From Podarcis liolepis (Eukaryota): DNA of 64,000 nucleotides. The notes below the pieces were generated by a model that saw nothing but the letters and a program-made list of their open reading frames with translations, did not search any database and was not told where the DNA came from. The position numbers and the translations under genes are program-made. The stretch lies in NCBI GenBank assembly GCA_965112155.1, contig OZ218105.1; one strand, written 5' to 3'. How positions within the stretch are numbered: the first letter of the stretch is position 1; the number at the start of each line of letters is the position of its first letter. Shown one piece after another: positions 38,395-48,600 of this stretch.

Positions 38395-39078
38395 ATATCA
38401 CAGCAGATTTAAAAACAACAACAACAATGTACATTGAGATTCCATTCCACTTCTCTTTTTGCTTCTGCTTATTCTGGTTAAACATCTTAACTCCTTAGGT
38501 CTTACTAGTTTTGCTTTGCTTTTAAGAACAACTGCAACTATTAATTTATTAACATACTAACCCAAGAGGTTTGCCCTACCAGTGAGATAAACAAGGATCT
38601 GGACACATGGTAGTAGCTATTGAAAAGCCCACATAACTCTTCAACATATAAGGCAGGATTCAGCCTATACATGAATAAAAACACATCCCCCCCCCCAGTG
38701 TGTGCCAATGTGCGTCAAGAACTAAATCCTGCATAAGGTACATATATAACCATTTCATCTGAGATCTGAGGCTTCACACTAGACATGAGTTGTCTAATGT
38801 ATAACCAGGCAAACAATAGAGGTGTACACTGGCTCCAAGTGGGGGCCAGATCATGAGATAAATTCCCCTCCCAAGTTGAAGCACAATGTCTATAAACACC
38901 AAGCCAGATCAAGGCTCCCCAAAAGCCTCATGTCACTCTGCTTTTCCACCCCATATAGCTCTATCTTTTCCTATATCTCTGTTTCTCTAGATCCATGGAC
39001 TTTGCAAAAAGTGAGGCTGTCCTACAATTTTGCCTGTGGAACGCTGGTGGATTCTGAATTGCTTTTTTGTTTTAAAAA

Positions 39079-39208
39079 NNNNNNNNNNNNNNNNNNNNNN
39101 NNNNNNNNNNNNNNNNNNNNNNNNNNNNNNNNNNNNNNNNNNNNNNNNNNNNNNNNNNNNNNNNNNNNNNNNNNNNNNNNNNNNNNNNNNNNNNNNNNNN
39201 NNNNNNNN
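39079..39208. other. Assembly gap (130 N)
   Basis: Run of N in the sequence. Confidence 1.
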
Positions 39209-39619
39209 GACTTTTTTAAAAATGTACAGGCAAAAATATGCGAAGTTTACCCACAAATTAATTATTTCAAGAGAGAGCAAGAGATAAACCCCACTTCTCC
39301 ACCCCATAATAGATTATGGAAAAAAGTGAATCCCTTTTACTTCCTGCACAAAAAGCCTCAGACCTACTTGTCTGCAATTTGGAAGGCTTAGTCCACTCTA
39401 GGAGTGCTCCTGTACCTGAAAATTTACTTCACTTTGACCAAAATGGGGCAAAGTTATATTCTATTGAACAGGGAACACAGAGCTTCATTTTATACAGAGG
39501 TCAGAACCCAAATTACAGACTGAAGTGGTGATTGCACAGAACAACGCAGAAGCATATTTGATTTTTCAGGATGCACAAATACAAGGCAAATCTTGGGGTC
39601 TGTGCACACCTCTGGAATA

Positions 39620-39765
39620 TAACGCTTCCTGCTGCATGCATGCTACCAGAGCACAACTTCCGCTCGCATCCCGGGGCAAAGTTCGCAACAAGGAGCACCT
39701 ACTTCCAGGTTAGCGGAGCGCATAACCCAAAGCGCTAGCAAGAGGGACGGTACGAGGTACCACTG
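39620..39765 (+). mobile_element. One-ended Tigger-like MITE fragment
   Basis: Ends in GAGGTACCACTG+TA like family A; interior gcaaagttcgcaac..gagcacctacttccaggttagcggag is related; no left TIR. Confidence 0.65.
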
Positions 39766-41199
39766 TATAGGCTACCAGCTCCAGAATAACCCACATAGGC
39801 TACAGATAGGAAGGTGGGCTGCAATTATGCTAGAAAGATAATTATGTTCACTAGGGGTAACTTCCACCACAGGAAGAGTAGGTTTCTGCTCACCTTGGAG
39901 TCTAATCGCCCAGCTTTCAGATGTCAAACTAAACAGAGCTGTAATAATAGAAAAAGAGAAAAGATGGTAAGAAAATGGTATCTTTCTAGCCACTGAATCC
40001 TACCCTCCTGATTCAGACAACAAAATGGTCTCCACAGGAAAAGTCTATTTCTAAAACCTCTGAATTCTCCGTACGGAAGGTGTAAGAGAAATTGCCCCCT
40101 GGAGCAGGACTTTTCACAATGAGGTATTTGGTCCCTTAAAGGCTAATGAAGGCCAGGGGAATATGCACATGTATCCCAATCAGCTTGATACAAAAGTCCA
40201 TCTATGTGGGAAGCGGGGGCTTTTGTCAGAAGTGTGTTGACTTGTTGCACGCAGCTTCCCACAAGCTCTACCGCAACTATTTTGATACCTGCAGGCTGGA
40301 GAGTTAACAGGATCCAACCTTGGCTGGGCTCACAAGTGGAATTCAGTGCAAAAATAGCAACAACCGCCCTCCGATGTGTAACTAACATTTTGAAAGTACT
40401 GCACTTCCCATTTCTGATGTGCCATTTAATTCACCAAGCTGACAATGCAGAGAGTGGATACAGTCATCGTGGTAACACAAAAGTAAGAAAAAGACTGCAT
40501 AAGAGCTTAACTGGTTTATCACAGTCAAGATTTGGAATTTTGCACATCCAAATTCTGAAGCAGAAGGCCCTTGAAAGCTCTGGAGATGGAACCCCTGTTC
40601 TAAATGAACGTCGAGAGCACCCCACAGCTTCCCCCAAAGCCATAAAACGAGTGCAGCCATGTAGCAGTCATTTAAAAATGTGTGGCCTAGCATTTGGGAA
40701 CTCATGGGTTGGAGGTTAGCTGTAGCTTTTGACTAGGTTTGTGGCTTCTTCTTCTTTTCAACTACTAACCTACCTTTCAGCAGTTAAAATGCCATTTAAA
40801 ATAAAAAGCACACACTACTTACACTATCCAGGGTTAGCCCCTTTTCTTATCAGGGGTTTTAAAGTGCTACAGGGAGGTAATAATTGTTGGGCAGTAGATC
40901 AACCTTCTCTGACCTGGTGCCCTCCAGAGGCTGCAAATCCCATCAGCCCCAGTCACGATAGCCAATGGTGAAGGCTTATTGGAGCTGTGCTCTAAAACAT
41001 CTGGAGGCACCAGGTTAGGCAAGACTTCGCACAAGCTGCAAACTACCACCTTCCTATGCAGCGGGCATCTTTCGTGCGCCTCCCACAAACAAACAGACCC
41101 CAAGATGCCAACTCAGGGTCTTGGTGGGATTACCCACAAAGCAAATAGGTACCGGGGCTCAAGCCCGTCTTCAAATCACACCCTCTGGCCCTCTTCCTA

Positions 41200-42090
41200 C
41201 AAAAAGGCGAGCGCTCCGTAGGGTTTCCTCGTCGTTGTGCACATTTGCTCAGCATGCCTTTCTCTCCTCCCTCCTCCCTGACGCTGGGAAGCCACTCTGC
41301 CATCGGCTCGGACGCGCGTCCCACGGGCTTGTTTTGTTACTCCAATGTGCACCCTAGCCCGGAAAACCGGCTGCTGCTAGTGGGGTGTGGTGGGACGGGC
41401 AATCCCCACCCCACAAATAAAACCGTGCCCCGATTCCCTACAGATCCACGCTGGGCGACCCCCCCTCCCCTGTGTTCCTCCCCCCAGGAAGCGCTCCTCG
41501 CCCTACTACCCCTCAACGCACGCTCACACATGCAAGTCCCGCACCAGGAGGAGGAGCGGGGAACAACTCGCCCTTGCATCGACTGACCCGGTGCCCGGGG
41601 GGACGAGAGACCGGAGGCGGCGCCGCTCCTTTTGTTGCCCGGGCTGCCATCCACTTGCTGCAGCAGGTCGGAGCCAGGAGAGCAGAGCAGCGACGCAGCA
41701 GCACCGCCCCCCTTTCCCCAGACGAGGAAATCCCTGCCTCCGTCCGCTTCCTTGCCCGGCCGAAGGAGAGCCAGCCCCCGAGCCGAGCTCACCAGCGTCC
41801 GGCTCCTCCCGTCGGTTCCTTCCCCACCTCCTCCCCTTGCTGCTGCTGCAGCTGCAGCTTCCGCTGTCCTCAGCGCGTAGCGGGTGGGGCGAGGGGAGGA
41901 GACAATGTAGCCAGGCTCCCGTTTCCTTTCCGCGCCGCGTGGAGAGGCGGAGAGAAGAGCGCGAGCGCGCAGAGACGGAGGCAGCCGCGGCGCGAGCAGG
42001 TGTCGCTCTCCCAGGGTTGCTGACGGTGAACCCGGCAGCCGGCGAAGCCCCTCCCTCACCTGGACTGGGCCGTCCTGCCTCGTGAAGGTT
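41200..42090. promoter_or_regulatory. CpG island: bidirectional KDM1B/TPMT promoter with non-coding first exons
   Basis: Very GC/CpG-rich block between the divergent first coding exons (36581 on -, 44338 on +). Minus-strand donors CTG|GTGAGC at 41793 and CAG|GTGAGG at 42060. Plus-strand donor candidates near 42025 and 42087. Confidence 0.85.
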
Positions 42091-42279
42091 AATTTTTTAA
42101 TAAATTATTATGGTGGTGGTTCTTTTTCTGTCCGGAGAACTCCCTCAGTTGTCTTATGGTGAAGCAGAAGCCCTCCACACCTGAGCGTGGCATTGCTTCT
42201 TCCCTCAGCACTTGGATGTGGTTTAGTTTATTTCGTGGCATTTTCCTTTTTTTTTAAAAAAAAAAAGCTCTTTGGGGGT

Positions 42280-42453
42280 CAGGGGTGCCAACTTGAATAT
42301 TGTGGGGGCCTAGGTCGGCCGCGCACGGCATGAGCGATCACATGACACGCCGTTTGAATAGCAATGCCCATCAACTCTGTGGGGGCCCAGACCCCTCAAA
42401 TATTTTATTGTGGGGGGCCAAAGGCTCCACGGCCCTTAGGAGTTAGCTCCTTT
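42280..42453. mobile_element. hAT (Tip100-like) non-autonomous element, decayed
   Basis: Ends CAGGGGTGCCAACT...AGTTAGCTCCTT with gggggcc subterminal motifs resembling 44635-45008; TSD unclear. Confidence 0.5.
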
Positions 42454-42706
42454 ATTTGGGGACACCAAAAACTCTACTTTTGCCCCAGTCCCCAAATGGA
42501 TAAATGTCATGTGCAGCCTTGTGACAGCGTAATGCTTATCAAGAATTGAACCTGTGCTTGCCAGTTCATAGGGACATAGAGTTTCCCTGGGCTCATCCAG
42601 TTGTCCATCATCAAAGGCAGCGATAAGAGTTTATAGTCTTTCAAGTCAAGTCAGTCACTATCACTACCGCCCTCATTCCTTCTGATAATGAAGTTGGATG
42701 TGTGTA

Positions 42707-42840
42707 CATGGTCATGGCCAAGGGGGGTCAGGGAGGGGCCTCCACCCATCACGTTAATCAATGCAAAATACTAACTGAGGTTCTGCCACCACCCCCAACA
42801 CAAAGCCTGCCCCCCAGCATAAATTCTGGCTACACCCATG
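42707..42840. mobile_element. hAT-like non-autonomous element
   Basis: Imperfect TIR CATGGTCATGGCCA/TGGCTACACCCATG; 8-bp flanks TGTGTGTA and TGTATGCA (6/8). Confidence 0.55.
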
Positions 42841-42876
42841 TGTATGCATCAGTTCAGAACTGAAGCAGGACCTCCC

Positions 42877-43501
42877 TGTAGTGATTTCTGAATTTGGGGG
42901 ACTTATTTCAGTTGTAAACAAAACCTGCCCTTCTACCCATATGGGGTGTCCAAGAGCCCATATAGAGTCCTTACATGGGTTCCCTATTGGTAGGAAAAAA
43001 TAACAGAGGCCAACCAGAGAATATTGAGAAGCAAAGCAGCTGGTAAGCCTGATCTTTATTGGTCTGTTGCAACACGCAGGAAAGGAGGAGGACCCCAAAC
43101 AAAGGTGTGCCTGCCCTTATATAGACATTTTAAATTCCCTGACCTGGAGCTCAAGACCACCCCTCATGCATACATCACAGAAGGGGTGTAACCCAAGACC
43201 AACCCCCTCAAACATCATACCTACATCACAGAAAAGGCGGTCTACAACAGAAATTTGAACGTTGTTGTTTTTCCTTTCTGTCGGGTTATCTGATAATGCC
43301 TTATCTGATTGCCTTTCCTGGTGGTGTGTCACCCTTTGAAACTAAATTCCTGTAACAATGGGAAGGTTCCGTGACCCCCTCCCTCCTTGCAGAGAAAACA
43401 TTTGGTCAGTTTGGGAGTCAAAAATGGTTTTAGGTCCGTCTTCCTGTGCTGATCTATGTATGTGCTTATTATATATTTAAGACCTTCAAGTTCTTATAAC
43501 A
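42877..43501 (-). mobile_element. Putative solo LTR, antisense to TPMT
   Basis: On the minus strand it starts TGTTATAAG (43501), has two direct repeats of tacatcacagaa, TATA CTATATAAG (43116-43124) and AATAAA (43055-43060), in U3-R-U5 order. Left boundary and TSD not resolved. Confidence 0.55.
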
Positions 43502-43707
43502 TTTGCAAATAGCAAGCAGGTTTTTTTAATGTCAAAAAATAGTCCAAAAAGGACTTACTGTATATTCAATGAACTACTAGGACCTATGGAAGGGTGAGGG
43601 CAGTTGAGCCATGGAATGTTGAAGTTGCCAGTTGAATGAAATGAGGTGGTTTCAGGAGGGTGAGGAAGAAGAAAAGGAGGTGTGTCGCCCTCCCGTGAAC
43701 CCTAAAC

Positions 43708-43843
43708 CAGTGTTCCCCAACCTTGGGCCTCCAGCTGTTTTTGGACTACAATTCCCATCATCCTTGACCACTGGTCTTGCTAGCGAGGGATGATGGGAGT
43801 TGTAGTCCAAAAACAGCTGGAGGCCCAAGGTTGGGGAACACTG
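43708..43843. mobile_element. Young hAT palindromic MITE (136 bp)
   Basis: 56-bp arms with one mismatch; perfect 8-bp TSD CCCTAAAC at 43700-43707 and 43844-43851. Confidence 0.95.
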
Positions 43844-44337
43844 CCCTAAACAGCACTATAAGGCTGTTGGGGATGTAATGCAACATTTTGCTGCAAGTCC
43901 CCATTGTTCCTTCTGATGCCCGACTTCTAATGTCTGCTTGGAAGCAAAATAGTGCCACTCACTTCCTGCATATGCAAGAGACCACCTGTCAGTTACCTGA
44001 CATCATACAAACATCAGCCCCACTTGTCAGGACTTCAGAGCGTTGTGCAGGACTTTCAAACAATGTATTTTGCTTCGAAAGGCACATTCTAGGAAGAAGA
44101 CTCAGGCTGTGCTTTGAGAAGCTATTGTTATATGGTACAAATGATGCTTCTTTGGAGATTGTGCAATGCAATATTTTACAGACATTCCATAAACTTTATT
44201 TTATGAACTTAAGCAAGGGGTGGGGAAGCATGTAAACATGTACAAAGTTCCTGGCTTAATGGGAAGGCTGGAACGTTCAGTCAATGATTCACAAGTAGTT
44301 GCTGTTCATTTTTCTTTGTAGAAAGGTTGCCTGGGCC

Positions 44338-45584
44338 ATGGAAAGTTCTTCAGATACGTTTGGAAAGGATGACTCTGCTGATGCCAAGTTACAAGAATCC
44401 AGAGTAGTGACTGAAGAAGAATGGCTGCAGAAATGGGAAACTAACAATATTGGATTTCATAACGAGCAAGGACATCCGTATGTATTCTATCCTCCCATTT
44501 TATAATAAAAATTGTTCATAGAGGTATTTGGCTCTTTCTCACATACACGGCTTGTTTAAAATACTGTGTTGAGGACTTGTTTGTGAGCAATACAGCAATT
44601 TGTTCTGAAGTCTGTTAATTCAAGGTGACTAATCCATAGGCGCCGACTCCATGGGGCTTGAGGGGGCTCGAGCCCCCTCAAAAAAATTTTTGGGGGGGCT
44701 CAGCCCCCCCAATAATCTCGGGCGGGCGCCCTTCCAGCAGAGCGCCGCCGCCGTCCCCCGCCTCCTCCTCACCTGCTCCTTCGCCAGCCAGCCAGCCGCG
44801 CGCCCTAATCGGAGGCACTGCCGGAAATCCCACGAGAACAGGGGAATCCCGACTGGCCACACCTCCCAGCCAGCCAATCGGCTGGCTGGGGGGGCGTGGC
44901 TTGCCCTATTTAGGGCCGGAGCCACTTTATTTGCATATTCATGAGCTTATTTATTATTCATGAGCTTTCCCGGGCCCCCCCAATATTTTTTCTAAGTCCG
45001 CGTCCCTGGACTAATCCAAATCAGATTTTTTTGCTTCACTGAATCACAGGATGCAGGGGGACTCCAACTTTTTTGGCACTGTAGCCAAAACTTCTTCAGT
45101 TTTGAAGAAGTTCTGTGGACACTAGTCTCAAAATGGCTGCCATGCCCTGGAGGCATGGCATAACACAAAATTAGAATCTTGTAACCACAGCTCTCCCCCA
45201 GCCCTAGACAACCACATGATTGCAGGGGGAAGTCCTTATGTCCTGCTGGTCCTAGCTGTGGATATCATAAGATATTGATTTCACACACCCACACACAGAT
45301 GCTGTTGTTGTCTATCCCCTGTACCAGGAAAGAGAAAGATATGCCATGTGACCACACCACACTCAAAGTAAAATGCTGTACACAGCACATTCACACCACA
45401 GACCATAGGCACACATTCATCTCTGCTTCTCTCTCTGTGTGTCCATTTCTCACCCATGTGCTCATACTCATGGTTCTCACACATATACACAGCCATACAT
45501 TTATATCTGCCTCTTTCTGTTTGTATATCTTTCTCTCATATATCACACATCCCTTCCTTTCCCTCCCTCCTTTTCTCCCTCTCA

Positions 45585-45617
<33 letters not shown>

Positions 45618-48600
45618 CCTGTTGAACAAAAATCAACTCCCGACTTTTCCTTTTTTATATACAACAATAACATCAGCAGGCTCATTCAGAAAATAATAAT
45701 AAAAAGTTTTGTTGTTGCTATTATTAAATGATTAGAAGTCAGGAACTCATGCCAATCTATCACAAACCACAGAGAGGTCTATCAGTAGAACACACACACA
45801 CCCTCAATAGCTCAGTAGTAGAGGAGTTTCTTTACATGCATAAAGCTCCCAAGTTGAATGCCTGGCATCTAGAGTTAGGGCTGCCTAAAAACCTGGAAAA
45901 CTGCTGCCAGTCAGTGTAGACAGTACTAAGCCAAACAAACCAATGGTCTGGCTCAGTTCAAATCACCTTCCTGTGCTTGTGTTCACCCCTGTTCCAGAGT
46001 GTCCCAAGTATAGTTGCAATGTGTTCTCCTAATAGCCCAATTGCACAAATGCAATCCTTGTTTCCAAGCACAATTCAAAGTGTTGGTGCTGACCTTTAAA
46101 GCCTGAAACGGCCTCTGCCCTGTATACCTGATGGAGCCTCTCCACCCCCATCGTTCAGCCCAGACACCAACGTCCAGCTCCAAGGGTCTTCTGGCAGTTC
46201 CAGAGAACCAAGCAGAGTTCTGCTTCTTGGTAGTGGCGCCTGCCCAGTTAAACACCCTCCCATCACATATTAAGGAAATAAGCAACTATTTGATTTTTAG
46301 AAGCCATCTGAAGGCAGCCCTATATAATAATTTTTATTTTATTTTTTATACCCTGCCCAACTGGCTGTAGTTCTCCAGCCACAGGGAAGTTTTCAATGTC
46401 TGATGGAGCGTGAGAGGCAGAGGGGCACTAATGTCTGATGTTGTATTATGTTTTTAATATTATGTTTTAATGTTTTGTTGGGTGCTGCCCAGAGTGGCTG
46501 GGATGACTCAAGTCAGATGGGTGGCATTTAAATATTAGTCATAGTAGTCGTAGTTGTAGTAACCTGGATGGTTTCATTTATTGTTTGTTTGAAGCTGTCC
46601 TTTGCAATAGTTGCAGTGGTTAAAGAATTAAACTTTCCCCTCACTAGCTATGATTATGTTCCACTTGTATACTCAGTCAGTAAAAATAAGATATGCTCTT
46701 AAAATAATTTATTTTCTTCTGCAGTCTCCTAAAGAAGTATATGGATATATTTCTCGATGGCAGGAGTGGACTGAAGATATTTTTTCCACTTTGTGGCAAA
46801 ACCATTGAAATGAAATGGTAAACGACACACCTCTAGCTTTCAGAAACTTTATCTTAGTAGCTTGCTTTTTAAAGGGGTTCTGCTGGGTTAAACCACAGAG
46901 CCTAGGGCTTGATGGTCAGAAGGTCAGCGGTTCGAATCCCCACCACGGGTGAGTTCCTGATGCTTGGTTCCTGCTCCTGCCAACCTAGCAGTTCAAAAGC
47001 ACCTCAAAGTGCAAGTAGATAAATAGGTACCGCTCCGGTGGGAAGGTAAACGGTGTTTCTGTGTGCTGCTCTGGTTTGCCAGAAGCGGCTTAGTCATGCT
47101 GGCCACATGACCCAGAAGCTGTATGCAGGCTCCCTTGGCCAATAAAGCAAGATGAGCACCGCAACCCCAGATTCAGCCACGACTGGACCTAATGGTCAGG
47201 GGTTCCTTTACCTTTACCTTTACCTTTACTGAGTTGGAGGGGATACTGCTTCAATTTTAAATGCCTTAATGCTGTGCCTAGTCAATCCACAAGGGAATCC
47301 TATGCATTCCCCATTGACATGAATGAGATTATGAGCAAGATTATAAGCGCTCAGGCCACGCTCTCAGCAGGTATCCATAGGACTCAGCTGACCATTCCAC
47401 AACCATAGCTACGTATGATGCCTGGTGTTTGGAACAAATGGTAACCTGAAAACTCTAAGTTTGGCTATGGCTAATTGTTGTGATGCTGGACTGTTCAGTC
47501 CATCCAGATGCAAATGGGTTTGGAATGCATTAAGGTGGTCTGTCCGTGTTGGGTTCATAATCAAGTTTTTACCCAAATGAATCTCTTCATTTTATTTTTA
47601 TTTTGTAAGCCACAGACGTGTGCATAGCTTGTTATACGTCTCACTTTATATCTGAAAGGCATAGGCAAACACTCAGAAAGAACATCCATGATGTTAGGAC
47701 GAGAGGCAGATTTAGGAGAGTGCGCACTAGATGCAGAGCCCAGTAGCACTGCAGGAGGTTCTGTTATTTAGAATGGAGCGTGAGAGGCACACGGGCACTG
47801 AATTTTGGGATCCCAGGGTCTTCTACTGTTGGGAAAGTAATGCAAGCATCCACACTTTTTTCATGGAACAGAGCTGGTTTAGATGATAGGGAAGTGACTT
47901 TCAAAATTTAAAAGAGAATGAATTAAGCCAAATTTCATTGTGGTCCTTAAATCAGAGAAGATGTCACCACCACACTTTGTATGTATGCATTTCTGTACAT
48001 GGAGCCTTCCTGTCTTCACAGGGAAACGTGGAGAGCCGATGCCTTGAGATTCTTTGCCTTTACATGTCTTCTCCTAGTCATAGGAGCACCTAGTGCACCA
48101 TTTTCATGAATGCCCAGGGGGCTACTAAAGATGACTATCAAGTGCGTAAAGAGGTCAGCTTAGAAAGTATCATCTCAGAAAGAAAAGCAGCTTGCATGAA
48201 AACAGAAAAGGAGGTGGACACCATCACTCATAGTTTCTCTGCTTCAAATTCCCTACTCCCAGTGGTACACTTCTTTGCTTTAAAAAGCATCAGTCCTGTG
48301 TTGGGGTTCTCTTGCACATACTTGCCTATCCTCAGACACTGGTGTTTGAGGTGTGGCCCTGCAGAGCACCAGCCACGTAGACTTTGACCATTTTTTCTTT
48401 GTCTTTGTTTTAAAAAACAGTAATAAAGCATAAGTAAACTTGCTGTCTTGTCAACACATAGGTTAGCTGACATGGGGCACCAAGTCGTTGGTGTGGAAAT
48501 CAGCGAAAGTGCACTGAAGGACTTTTTCACAGAACAAAAACTTTCGTTTTCGGAAGAAGCCATTCCAGGCATCCCTGGTAAAGTACTGAAGGTGTGTATT

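Noticed and set aside
38822-39391. ORFs of 85-189 aa
   Set aside because: They are open only because they run through the 130-N gap.
41337-42085. 183-240 aa ORFs on both strands
   Set aside because: GC-rich promoter artefacts: open in several frames at once, mostly non-ATG starts, no domain.
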